A DNA stretch of 64,000 bases from an uncultured bacterium (lineage in GTDB: Bacteria > Zixibacteria > MSB-5A5 > GN15 > FEB-12): positions 311,601-375,600 of the forward strand of contig CAWGEP010000001.1 of assembly GCA_963821635.1 (NCBI GenBank). Reading direction: 5' to 3'. This document shows, piece after piece, positions 1 through 8,966 of the stretch. Numbering within the stretch: the first letter of the stretch is position 1; every line of letters starts with the position of its first letter. The position numbers were made by a program, and so were the translations under genes. The notes under the pieces were generated by a model, which was given only the letters and a program-made list of their open reading frames with translations, was not told where the DNA came from and did no database searches.

Positions 1-57
1 TGATCCGTGTGGCCGCAAGACCACACTCTGTACGTCTGCACAATGTCCGAACCATTT

Positions 58-132
58 ATCGAGATTACTGCATCGAAACATAGGTAACGACCGTCAACCC
101 AAGCGTTCACCTGATCCCCGAAGGAGGGTTCC
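58..132 (+). promoter_or_regulatory. Conserved 5' leader upstream of paralog A (shared with paralog B)
   Basis: ATCGAGA ... TAGGTAACGACC ... CGTTCACCTGATCCC(C/T)GAAGGAGGGTTC(C/T)ATGTTTCGT is almost identical to 4134..4194. The coding regions have diverged much more than the leader. Confidence 0.5.
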
Positions 133-1357
133 ATGTTTCGTCGTCTCCATTTCCGCCTGACCCGGCTTGGACTCACCGTCCTGTTACTCATGTTCATTGG
201 CAGCTTTGTTCCGGCTCAAGCTTCGTATCAACTGACCATACGAGTGGCCGACACCGTCATCAGCGGGGATGCCCCCGGCGGCTGGCTTACCGTCTTTGTC
301 ACCAATCCGGTTGATTCCATTGCCGGATTTGTTATGGACCTTCAATTGGACCGATCCGGACGCCATTCGCTTCGACTCGATAATCGACACGAACGGAACG
401 GTTCTTTCCGGATTTCACTGGGTGGATGTCCGGTCCCTCTCCGGGGACTGGACCGACTTCAAGATCGTTGCTCTCGCCGACAACTTAGGGGTCGTGGACC
501 CGCGCCGGGGTTTCGGACCAAGCAGCACCGAGCAAATCTTGTTCCGAGCTCATTTTCACCAGATTCTCCCTATCCCGCCTTCCCCGGATCGCAAGGTGAT
601 CGTAACGGTTGATCCCTCGGCAATCGAGACCAACTTTGCGAGCACGGAGGGCCGGGTCATCGGCATCAAGAGACTTGAGGTCCCCGGCACGCTCTGCTTC
701 CGCTGCCTCAGTTGGAGTGGCAGCACATGCCTTGCCTATATTCCGGTGGACGCCCCTCCCTGCGACTCGACCGCCCTTGGGACCGACACGATCAGTGTCA
801 TCGATACTTCTTTAGTCAGTTATGTCGCCGGCTCGGTCACCACTCATACCAATTGCCCTCGTTCTGTTGATGACATAGACATCAACGGGGACGGCGTGCC
901 GATGACGGTGCGCGATGAGGTCACGCTGATTAAATTCGTTGATGGTGATACCAGCGGCGTCTACAATTCGAGAGCCGCCGATCTGAACGGCGACTGCATC
1001 ATTAGTTGGGCCGATATCTATCTCATGGATTCGCTCTTCAGGCGTCAAATCTATTGCAACGGCCAGCCCTGTCCTCCCCTTCCCTGTGCCTGCCGCCAGG
1101 ATTCGCTCCGAAGGGAGTGCTGCTGGGAGCGGCGGGGAAATATCAACGGAGACTTTAGTCAGACGGTCGACCTGGCCGATCTAAGCTACCTGGTGAATTA
1201 CTTGACTGTTGCCGGTACAAAACTCGGTTGCCCGGAGGAGGCCAATCTCAATGGGGTTGGAACTGTTGATATTGCGGATTTGAGTTACCTGGTGGCATTC
1301 CTCACCGGCCCCGGCGCACCACCGGTCCCCTGCCCCGGATGGACGCCGCCACAATAG
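133..1357 (+). CDS. Secreted cohesin-like / double-dockerin protein, paralog A (frameshifted near nt 358)
   Basis: Signal peptide. The N-terminal region carries the cohesin-like motifs VxVxV...GF(Q/V)xDLxxD. Dockerin type-I Ca-loop/helix repeats are present (DIDINGDGV..., DLNGDCIISWADIYLMDSL, GNINGDFSQTVDLADLSYLVNYLT, NLNGVGTVDIADLSYLVAFLTG). Conserved PPCDS and CCW..RGN Cys motifs are shared with the paralogs at 4195 and 5651. Frames 133..612 and 269..1357 join through a 1-bp indel (extra G in CCGGAC compared with paralog B CCCGAC). Confidence 0.75.
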
Positions 1358-1397
1358 TCAATCCGCCGATCTGATCGGCATCGGGATGGATTTGAGG

Positions 1398-1429
1398 AAG
1401 TCAGGAGTTTGCGCTCCTGACTTTCCGTT
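1398..1429. terminator. Bidirectional Rho-independent terminator hairpin between convergent genes
   Basis: AAGTCAGGAG-tttgcg-CTCCTGACTTTCCGTT: an 8-bp GC-rich stem, a 6-nt loop and a T-rich tail. It lies between the stop of paralog A (1357) and the stop of the minus-strand protease (1520). Confidence 0.6.
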
Positions 1430-1519
1430 ATAATTGGGCTGAGGGATTAGGCGCGGCTGGGATAGCCGACCGTCGGATTTTCGAACGCTCGCGGTTCTCC
1501 TACCGGCGCAATTTTCGAC

Positions 1520-3859
1520 TTATCGTCCCGCTTTCGGGTCGGGCTGAAATTTGGCCGTCATTTTGTTCCACTTGATCTGTGCCGTCGCCGGCAGTTGATC
1601 GAAACCGTACAGCCAGTAGATCGGCTTGCGCGAACAACTGGTGCTGTCCGGCTTGATTGATAGATCGGTTGAATCCATGTTCATGGTCAGCTGCATGACG
1701 TCGTTGGGAAGCACACTGAATAAGCAACTGTCATTCCCGACACCCATCTGGAGCGGGAATGAGGTATTTGGGCACCCCGCTGGTCCACTGTAAGTCATGT
1801 GCCCGACCGTGTCCGCCGCGCTATAGTAGAAATTGAACTGGAGCTGGTTGTGGATCATGTCGACCCCTCCGTCGTATTTAATAGAGCCGTGCGGCCCGGC
1901 CTGCCAGACATTCCCCATATCGACGGACAGGTTCATGATAATCTTTTCGGTGCACTGGCCCGCGGGAATGTCGTGCTCTCCCGAAAATTTGCCCGTGCCG
2001 GTTGAGTCCTTTAATCCCCACTGGAAGAGTGTCAGCGTGTTGAACGGTTTTTGGTGCGGCTTCTCGCGGAACGGATGAACGTCCGCCCGGAAATGAACCC
2101 CCATTTTCAAATCGGCATTCAGCGAATCAGGACCGGAAAGCGTGTACTCCATCGTGCCATTCCATTCGGAGATATTCACCGGATTGCTCAACTGCTTTTC
2201 GTCGGGAGTCGGATTCCCGGCAGTCGGTATCACATACGTCTGGACCTTTCCGGTCGCTTGTGAGCCGGTTCCGTCCAGATAGCACAGGAGTGAATCCGGC
2301 GACCAGAACTTGACCGAGACCGGCTGCCCATTCACGGTCACAGTACCGTGATTTCCGCGGTCCGAACCAAACTCGCCCGACACCAGCATCATCGGCTGCT
2401 TCGGATCCTCATAAATCGAGATAAACTTGATGGTTGGGGCCAGTAGCCCGAAATGATCCTGCAGCGGAAGCTCGACGATATCCGAGCCGTTGGCCGCATC
2501 AAGCGTCAGACCCCGGTTCGCCATATCGGTAAAGAGGGCCTGAATATCGAACGGCCGCTGAGGCGGATTTTCTTTGTTGGAGATCGCATTGGTGCCGAGT
2601 AGCCGGTCGAACAGGTAGTAGCTGGTCTTGACGGCGAAAGCAACGCCGACGGTTGTCGTCCAGCCGACAAAAACCGAGGCCCCGGCATTCGTGAAGGCTG
2701 TCTGGAAATTGGGATCGCTTGCGGATGAACAGGCATCGATATACACCAGGGCGTTTTTTGCAAAGGTCATGTTTGTACTGACAAAGCCCGGCAAAATGCC
2801 GTAATGGCGAATGATTCCGCAGGTGCGCTGAGTCGTGATCTTTTCCGCCCCTTCGTCCATGTAACACAGATCGTTGGCCGTGAGCATCGAGTCATAGGTC
2901 AGATCGGTGGCATCGGTGACCACGTCCGCGGTCCAGAGCCCATAGACGGGAGTGCTGTCTCGCAGTTTCCCGATTCCACCGTGTCCGTCGAGATACAAGA
3001 TCCCCGCATCGTGAACGGACTTCAAATTTTCGATCGTACCGTTACTGGAGTATTCACCTCCCGGGGTGATGCAGTAGTAGTTTTGTCTCTGCAGGAGCGC
3101 CTTGATGGTCGGTACCGGGTTGGTGTAACAGCGGTGGCTCATACTGCTCAACAGGTAGGCATTTGCGGAGGACGGAAGTTCCGGCGGGATTGAGGCTGCG
3201 GAAGTGCCTGATCGGCCCCTCACGGGCAATGGTTGATACAGCGATTCGATAAGCGGCTGATTCGGGTTCTCGTTCGGCGCGGCCGAGATGGTGTCCACGC
3301 TGCCGCTGTCAGGGGGAAAGTCGGGATCTTTGTTGTTTGGCAGAATCAGAAGTCGGCCGTCCCGGAATCGTCCCCAGACGGTCGTCTGGTCCGATATTCC
3401 GGCGTCCTCAAACTCCGGACGACTCTTGATGTAGGCCGACATGGCGCGGGCGATGGAATCGTGAGTCTGCCCAGTCAACGCCGAATAGTGTGCCTCAACC
3501 GAATCCAGAGCCGCCATCCGCTGTGGGATGGTGATCAAATCGGCAGGACAGGCCGGCAAGGTCACGGGCTGATTAGTCAGATATGCCACCAGCAGGGCAA
3601 GGTCCCCCAGGTCAATTATCCCCTTGCCGTCGACATTGGCGGCGTCCATGCAGGGTGGGACAAAGCCGCTCGCGGTCAAATAGCTGACGAGGGCGGCGAG
3701 ATCCCCCAGGTCAATAATCCCCTGGCCATCGACATTTCCCCTTGTTCCGGTGCAGCAGCCGTTCGGCCTCGCCCCGGCCGACGAGGCCAAAATCGTAATG
3801 GCGAAGACGACCAATAACGTGACCACGCCTCGGTGGGCGGCAGGTGAAGGCGGTCTCAT
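1520..3859 (-). CDS. Dockerin-containing clan CD cysteine peptidase (gingipain C25 / clostripain C11-like)
   Basis: AAGGAG RBS before the ATG at 3859. Signal peptide present. There are two dockerin segments (GNVDGQGIIDLGDLAALVSYLT; ANVDGKGIIDLGDLALLVAYLT). The catalytic dyad motifs LYLDGHGG (His-Gly) and YIDACSS (Cys) are typical of clan CD. A C-terminal extension of ~350 aa with unknown domains follows. Confidence 0.65.
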   Translation of the reverse strand: MRPPSPAAHRGVVTLLVVFAITILASSAGARPNGCCTGTRGNVDGQGIIDLGDLAALVSYLTASGFVPPCMDAANVDGKGIIDLGDLALLVAYLTNQPVTLPACPADLITIPQRMAALDSVEAHYSALTGQTHDSIARAMSAYIKSRPEFEDAGISDQTTVWGRFRDGRLLILPNNKDPDFPPDSGSVDTISAAPNENPNQPLIESLYQPLPVRGRSGTSAASIPPELPSSANAYLLSSMSHRCYTNPVPTIKALLQRQNYYCITPGGEYSSNGTIENLKSVHDAGILYLDGHGGIGKLRDSTPVYGLWTADVVTDATDLTYDSMLTANDLCYMDEGAEKITTQRTCGIIRHYGILPGFVSTNMTFAKNALVYIDACSSASDPNFQTAFTNAGASVFVGWTTTVGVAFAVKTSYYLFDRLLGTNAISNKENPPQRPFDIQALFTDMANRGLTLDAANGSDIVELPLQDHFGLLAPTIKFISIYEDPKQPMMLVSGEFGSDRGNHGTVTVNGQPVSVKFWSPDSLLCYLDGTGSQATGKVQTYVIPTAGNPTPDEKQLSNPVNISEWNGTMEYTLSGPDSLNADLKMGVHFRADVHPFREKPHQKPFNTLTLFQWGLKDSTGTGKFSGEHDIPAGQCTEKIIMNLSVDMGNVWQAGPHGSIKYDGGVDMIHNQLQFNFYYSAADTVGHMTYSGPAGCPNTSFPLQMGVGNDSCLFSVLPNDVMQLTMNMDSTDLSIKPDSTSCSRKPIYWLYGFDQLPATAQIKWNKMTAKFQPDPKAGR

Positions 3860-4038
3860 TCGAAACTCCTTTGACAGTGGCTGTTTTCCCGGCCGACAAT
3901 GCCGGCAATATGGACCAATAGACTCCAATAAAATAATCTTTTTGGCCTGTTTGTCAATCCGGGATTCCGAGCGCTGATCTTTTTGGCCGGCGACCCGGGG
4001 TGGCCGCTCACGGGGACTCTCGCCATCGAAATCGGTTA

Positions 4039-4067
4039 TTGACTTTTCAGCCCACGTTTTGTATTAT
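4039..4067 (+). promoter_or_regulatory. Sigma70-like promoter for paralog B (TTGACT-17 nt-TATTAT)
   Basis: -35 TTGACT at 4039-4044, a 17-nt spacer, and -10 TATTAT at 4062-4067. The predicted 5' UTR is ~120 nt. Confidence 0.55.
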
Positions 4068-4133
4068 TACAATGACGGCCGAGTTGGCTGCAAGAACCTG
4101 CACATTACCCATAACTTTTTTCGCGGCACACCG

Positions 4134-4194
4134 ATCGAGACCTAGGTAACGACCTACAAACTTATCGTTCACCTGATCCCTGAAGGAGGGTTCT
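4134..4194 (+). promoter_or_regulatory. Conserved 5' leader upstream of paralog B (shared with paralog A) including GGAGGG RBS
   Basis: See 58..132. It lies inside the predicted 5' UTR of the promoter at 4039. Confidence 0.5.
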
Positions 4195-5397
4195 ATGTTT
4201 CGTGTTGCCTCACACTGCCGACACTCCCTCGGTCACTCTCTCGGACTGCTCCTCGCCTGTTTCCTTCTCCCGCTTGCGGCGTCAGGCTACGAGTTGACCG
4301 TCAAGGCGGTCGACACCACCGCCTCCCTTTACAGCCCGGATTTGCGCCTGAATGTGTACGTCACAAATCCGGTCGATTCCATTGGCGGATTTCAGCTTCT
4401 GATCCGGCTTGACCGGCCCGACCTGCTCCATCTGGACAGTTTTATTTCCAAGTACGGTACGGTGGCCGAAGATTTCGAATTTGTCCATGCGCAGTTGCTC
4501 GACCCGGGAGGGTACGTCATGCGGATCACCGCCTTGGCCGACAGTACGCCGTCTAATCCCCCCAACAAGCGCGGCTTCGGTCCCAGCCCGGAAAAGCGCC
4601 TGTTGCTCAGCATCCCGTACCGCTTACTTAGTATTCCTGACACCATGACCGAGCGGACCGCCCATGTTCTGATCGATCCGCATATCGGCAATTTTGCTTT
4701 CAGCCGTCCCGATGGGTCTCTCATCGGGATCAAGAATCTCGAAATCCCATCCCAGAATTGCTATCACTGCAACCAATGGGTCGATTCGATCTGTTTTTCG
4801 TGGCAGCAAGTCTCAGGTCCACCGTGTGATTCGGTGGCCAATGTCCTCGACACGGTACCGGTGCTGGATACCTCACTGGTCAGCATTGGTGACGGCTCCA
4901 TTACGGTCGGAGGTTGCCTCCGCTCCATCAGCGACATCGACATAAACAGCAACTTTATCCCATGGGAAATCTCCGACTTCGCGGCCCTGGCCGATTACGT
5001 CATGGGCAAGACCGATATCATTCAGGACCCGCGCGCGGCCGACCTCAACGGTGACTGCCGGATCGACTGGCGCGATGTGTACCAGATGGATTCGCTGCGC
5101 ATACTGGGAGTCCCCTGCAGTCCGGAGCCCTGTGTCTTTCCCTGCCCCTGCCAGACGATTCCGGTCCGAAAATGCTGCTGGGGAATTCGCGGCAATGTCA
5201 ACTCCGACTGGACTCAGGCGATCGACCTGGGGGACCTCTCAGCTTTGGTCGCTTACCTGACCACCGGCAACACCTTTTTTGTGCCCTGCCTCGAAGAGGC
5301 CAACATTAATGGTGCGGGGACAATCGACCTGGGGGACTTGTCGTACCTGGTGAGCTACCTGACCGGGGCCATCTCGCCACCCCCTCCGTGTGAATAG
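4195..5397 (+). CDS. Secreted cohesin-like / double-dockerin protein, paralog B
   Basis: Same architecture as paralog A: signal peptide, cohesin-like N-domain (YELTVKAVDTT...VYVTNPVDSIGGFQLLIRLDRPDLL), PPCDS, CCWGIRGNVNSD and dockerin repeats (DLNGDCRIDWRDVYQMDSL; TQAIDLGDLSALVAYLT; NINGAGTIDLGDLSYLVSYLTG). Confidence 0.8.
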   Translation: MFRVASHCRHSLGHSLGLLLACFLLPLAASGYELTVKAVDTTASLYSPDLRLNVYVTNPVDSIGGFQLLIRLDRPDLLHLDSFISKYGTVAEDFEFVHAQLLDPGGYVMRITALADSTPSNPPNKRGFGPSPEKRLLLSIPYRLLSIPDTMTERTAHVLIDPHIGNFAFSRPDGSLIGIKNLEIPSQNCYHCNQWVDSICFSWQQVSGPPCDSVANVLDTVPVLDTSLVSIGDGSITVGGCLRSISDIDINSNFIPWEISDFAALADYVMGKTDIIQDPRAADLNGDCRIDWRDVYQMDSLRILGVPCSPEPCVFPCPCQTIPVRKCCWGIRGNVNSDWTQAIDLGDLSALVAYLTTGNTFFVPCLEEANINGAGTIDLGDLSYLVSYLTGAISPPPPCE

Positions 5398-5498
5398 GGG
5401 GTCCGGATCCGAACCTGCCCGGCATTGGAACGGGCCGGTCGGGGTCCGCCTGTCTCGTCGATTCTGTCCCGGGGCCCCGCGTGGCCTTGGGACAGGAC

Positions 5499-5526
5499 TT
5501 GACAAAAAGCGGAAAATCGGTATTTT
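5499..5526 (+). promoter_or_regulatory. Sigma70-like promoter for paralog C (TTGACA-16 nt-TATTTT)
   Basis: -35 TTGACA at 5499-5504 and -10 TATTTT at 5521-5526. Confidence 0.4.
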
Positions 5527-5541
5527 AGAGCCATACTTCAC

Positions 5542-5558
5542 GTGCGCCCCGGGCGCAC
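5542..5558. promoter_or_regulatory. Perfect 17-bp palindrome GTGCGCCCCGGGCGCAC at start of paralog C transcript (operator or 5' hairpin)
   Basis: The arms GTGCGCCC / GGGCGCAC are exact reverse complements. The palindrome lies 15 nt downstream of the predicted -10. Confidence 0.5.
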
Positions 5559-5650
5559 TTTATGAGTGAGTCTTAGAGGTCTATTCTATCGCACCATAGT
5601 TCAATGATCAAATAACGACCCTTCGGTTTGTCGAAAGGAGCAGTGCGGCA

Positions 5651-6826
5651 ATGCGCATTGCGCGATCATTGAAACTGTGGACCGCGATTTTCATCATCTC
5701 CGTTCCGTTTCTCTTTTCGGTTCGCAGCGAAGCTCTGCCCCGGCTTGAGCTCAGAGTCGCCGATACGTCGGCCATTCCCGGAGACACCGGGCAGCTGGGA
5801 GTCTATCTGACGAATCGCCTGGATACGGTGGCGGCTTTCGAACTGACGCTCCTGGTCGACAAACCGAATCTGATCGGACTCATCCCTGTGTTCGATTCCA
5901 CCAATACGCTGACTTCAGGCTGGGAGTATCTCGCGGCGGTTGTAGTGCTGTCACCGCAACCGGGGATTAAAGTCACCGGCGTGGCCAATCTGATTTCACC
6001 TCCGAAGATTGTCCCCGGAATCCCAGTTTCAACCGTTCCCCGATTGCTCTTCCGCGTCCCCTTCATTGCCAAACTGATTTCTGACACGGTGAGTGACCGG
6101 ACCGCCAGGATCTATTTTTCCGAGAACACTTCGGATTTCGGCGTAGCTTCCAAGGCTGGGCAGTTGATCGGGCTGGTGCAGGACACCGTGTTTGACACGG
6201 CCTGTTTCCGGTGCACGCGGTACCTTGGGCCGGATTGTCAATCGTATGTTCTTTCGAGTCCTCCCTGCGATTCGATCTCGGTCTCGTATTCTCTGACCAA
6301 TCCGCACTTTGATACGACCCAGATCGCCTTGACCGCCGGGTCGGTCCTTCTCCTGCCCAACTGTCATCCGGTCGCCCTGGCCGGCGACATCGACGGCAAC
6401 GGGCGGGTCGACTCAGCGGACCTTCAGGTTCTGGCCGCCTATGTCCAGTACGGCAATCCTCCCATCGCAAGCCCCGCCAACGCCGATCTCAACCAGGATT
6501 GCTGCATCAACTGGGCTGATTACAACATTCTGAGCCGGTTGGTAACGTTTGGCAAAGACAGTGTGTCTCTTCCGTCCTGCATCTGCCAGCATCCGGTGAG
6601 ATGTTGTTGTGATGGTAAACGGGGGAACGTGAACAATGATCGATCCGGAATTGTCGACCTGACGGACCTGACGCTCATGGTAGCGTATTTGACCGGAGGA
6701 ACCTATCAGCTACCGTGTCAAGCCGAGGCCGATCTCAATGCTTCCGGGGCAGTCGATTTGGGAGATTTGAGCAGCTTAGTCGCGTTTATGGTTGGTGCCG
6801 GGCCGCAGCCGGCCGCTTGTCCTTAA
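5651..6826 (+). CDS. Secreted cohesin-like / double-dockerin protein, paralog C
   Basis: Signal peptide. Cohesin-like N-domain (LELRVADTSAIPGDTGQLGVYLTNRLDTVAAFELTLLVDKPNL), PPCDS, CCCDGKRGNVNND and dockerin repeats (DIDGNGRVDSADLQVLAAYV; DLNQDCCINWADYNILSRL; IVDLTDLTLMVAYLTG; DLNASGAVDLGDLSSLVAFMVG). Confidence 0.8.
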   Translation: MRIARSLKLWTAIFIISVPFLFSVRSEALPRLELRVADTSAIPGDTGQLGVYLTNRLDTVAAFELTLLVDKPNLIGLIPVFDSTNTLTSGWEYLAAVVVLSPQPGIKVTGVANLISPPKIVPGIPVSTVPRLLFRVPFIAKLISDTVSDRTARIYFSENTSDFGVASKAGQLIGLVQDTVFDTACFRCTRYLGPDCQSYVLSSPPCDSISVSYSLTNPHFDTTQIALTAGSVLLLPNCHPVALAGDIDGNGRVDSADLQVLAAYVQYGNPPIASPANADLNQDCCINWADYNILSRLVTFGKDSVSLPSCICQHPVRCCCDGKRGNVNNDRSGIVDLTDLTLMVAYLTGGTYQLPCQAEADLNASGAVDLGDLSSLVAFMVGAGPQPAACP

Positions 6827-7335
6827 GAGACCGGTGCAGCGGTCTTGCGGACGACGCGGCTCCGGTGCCCCCTTCGCGAGTTGAGCTCAAGGTAGTTGTG
6901 GATCACGATATCCCAGTCGATGAAGCGCATGACGTTTTGCACTTCGCGTCCTACGACGGCGGAACGGCGCAGTGCCCGAATTTCCTCTTTGACATTCTGT
7001 TCCGCCAGCCAGCCCGGTTTCCCGGTAGCTTTACAGATCGAAGCGACAATGTACCGGTCGAGGCATCTTCCGCCGGCATATTGCTCAGGGGTTTTGAGAA
7101 GTTTTAGGGCTCGCTCGACCGTTCGAAGCAGCGCCACGCGATAGCCGAAGCCTACTTTGAAATCAACCACATATTCATTTGCCTTGCGCCCCCTGACCGC
7201 TTCGTCGCGAATCGGGCTGAACAACTCCCGCGTTCGGCGGAGCGCTTCCTGGGCGTTCGGGGCGGTCACAATCGCGCGTCCCCGGTTCTTGACGAATTCC
7301 AGGACGGCGGTCTGATAATGAAACGTGTAAATCAT
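6823..7335 (-). CDS. Hypothetical protein (170 aa)
   Basis: Long ORF, convergent with paralog C. No recognisable motif. Confidence 0.4.
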   Translation of the reverse strand: MIYTFHYQTAVLEFVKNRGRAIVTAPNAQEALRRTRELFSPIRDEAVRGRKANEYVVDFKVGFGYRVALLRTVERALKLLKTPEQYAGGRCLDRYIVASICKATGKPGWLAEQNVKEEIRALRRSAVVGREVQNVMRFIDWDIVIHNYLELNSRRGHRSRVVRKTAAPVS

Positions 7336-7348
7336 AGCGATACTATGA

Positions 7349-7888
7349 TTATCGGCTGCTATGACCGTGCGATTTAATGCCCCAAATCCCCCCTCGACCC
7401 GGCCCTATCCGGCGTAATGGAGTTTGCTGTTTGAACTGCTCAGGATAGGGGAAATCCCCCGAGGCTTCTCCGGCCAGAACCTCGGCGATAAACAGCGTGT
7501 GGTTTCCCGCGACAACTTTGTTGACAATCTTGCAGTCCAGGAAACCATCGGTCCCGGGGATCATGGCCGTGCCGGTTGAGGGAGAACTGGTGACATGGCT
7601 ATCCTTGAGCTTGCCGTAGCCGGACTCCGCCGGACCATAGTACGTCTTGGCAACTTCGACCTGATTACTGGCGATGATATTAATCACAAACGCACCGGAC
7701 TGGTCGATCATCCGCGACGATTGATGTTTGTTGTGAACGGCCAGCGCCACCATCGGCGGCTCGGAGCTGATTTGAGTTACCCAGCTGGCGGTGAAAGCAT
7801 TGCCGGACGTTCTCTGGCCGGTTGAGACAACATAAACGCCGTATTCAAGTTTGCGCAACGCTGCGGCTAATTTCTTCTCGCTAGTCAC
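7349..7888 (-). CDS. Flavin reductase-like FMN-binding domain protein
   Basis: YGVYVVST...NAFTASWVTQISSEPPMVALAV is typical of the flavin reductase / split-barrel family. Confidence 0.6.
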   Translation of the reverse strand: MTSEKKLAAALRKLEYGVYVVSTGQRTSGNAFTASWVTQISSEPPMVALAVHNKHQSSRMIDQSGAFVINIIASNQVEVAKTYYGPAESGYGKLKDSHVTSSPSTGTAMIPGTDGFLDCKIVNKVVAGNHTLFIAEVLAGEASGDFPYPEQFKQQTPLRRIGPGRGGIWGIKSHGHSSR

Positions 7889-7928
7889 ACTTTTGTTCCT
7901 TTATGACATTGGGATAGAGAATTCGACG

Positions 7929-8912
7929 TTAGTGTTCAAAGGGATGGTCGAAAGTGAAGTCCGGCCGGTAATTGAGCGGGCTGTCAAGCTCCTGTACCCA
8001 TCCGCGGTGGAACCCCAGGCGATCAAATTCATCCAGCACCTGTTCGTACTCATCTTGCTGCAAAGTTCGGCCGAGGCGCGGATGATTGGCGGTCGCCGGA
8101 ATCGGATGATATTGCGACATCAGCGAGACATGCACTTTGGGCGAAAGCTCTTCGGCAATGAAACGAAGCACGGCCTTGCTGTTTTCCATTTGTCCCGGGA
8201 TGACCAGATGCCGAATGATCAGCCCCATTTCAATTGAACCATCATCATCGACATAGATATTCGACCCTTTTTGGCGGAACATCTCCTTGATCGCCGCGGT
8301 GGCATGTTCGACATAGTCCGGGGTATCCGAATACGCTTTGGCCAAGCGGTTATCCATGTATTTCAGATCCGGAAGATAGACCTGGATCGTCTCTTCGAAC
8401 GATCGGATGGTTTCGACCCGGTCGTAACTGCTGGTATTGAAGACAAAGACAGGATTTCGGCCCCGAAGTTTTAGCGCGTTGATAATCACCCGAACCTGGG
8501 GAATGTAGTGCGAGGGGGAGACGAATCCGACTGCCTTGCAGCCGCCGTCGAGTTGCCGTTCGATCTGGGAGATGACCTCGGTCAGTTCGAGTCTGACCGT
8601 ATCGAGCGAAGTAGTGGTTCGGCTAATCTGCCAGTTCTGGCAGTACACGCACTGCATGTTGCAGTGCATGAAAAAGATGTTGCAGATGCCCGTTTTGCCG
8701 GAGATAACCGGCTCCTCGCCGCGATGAGCACAGATTGAGCCGATCGCGAACTCAAGGCCGCTGTTGCAGTAACCGAGACGGCTGCTGGTCCGATCGGCCT
8801 GGCACTGGCGCGGGCACTGGGTGCAATTCTTCAGGACTTCAAGCGGCTCCAGAAGCGTCTGCCACTCGGCTGAAGTAAACATCTCGGTATGGACGGAAAC
8901 AGGACTTTTCAT
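7929..8912 (-). CDS. Radical SAM enzyme, PflA-like / AmmeMemoRadiSam-type
   Basis: CNMQCVYCQN radical SAM CxxxCxxC cluster preceded by an N-terminal CTQCPRQC...GYC motif. Length ~327 aa. Confidence 0.6.
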   Translation of the reverse strand: MKSPVSVHTEMFTSAEWQTLLEPLEVLKNCTQCPRQCQADRTSSRLGYCNSGLEFAIGSICAHRGEEPVISGKTGICNIFFMHCNMQCVYCQNWQISRTTTSLDTVRLELTEVISQIERQLDGGCKAVGFVSPSHYIPQVRVIINALKLRGRNPVFVFNTSSYDRVETIRSFEETIQVYLPDLKYMDNRLAKAYSDTPDYVEHATAAIKEMFRQKGSNIYVDDDGSIEMGLIIRHLVIPGQMENSKAVLRFIAEELSPKVHVSLMSQYHPIPATANHPRLGRTLQQDEYEQVLDEFDRLGFHRGWVQELDSPLNYRPDFTFDHPFEH

Positions 8913-8966
8913 GTCTACATCAAGATAATAGCTGGAGCGAAATTCGGCAAGAGGCGCCTGGAGGGC

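Noticed and set aside
133-612. ORF 133-612 and ORF 269-1357 as two separate genes
   Set aside because: Together they reconstruct one paralog of the 4195 and 5651 genes across a 1-bp indel, so they are a single frameshifted gene.
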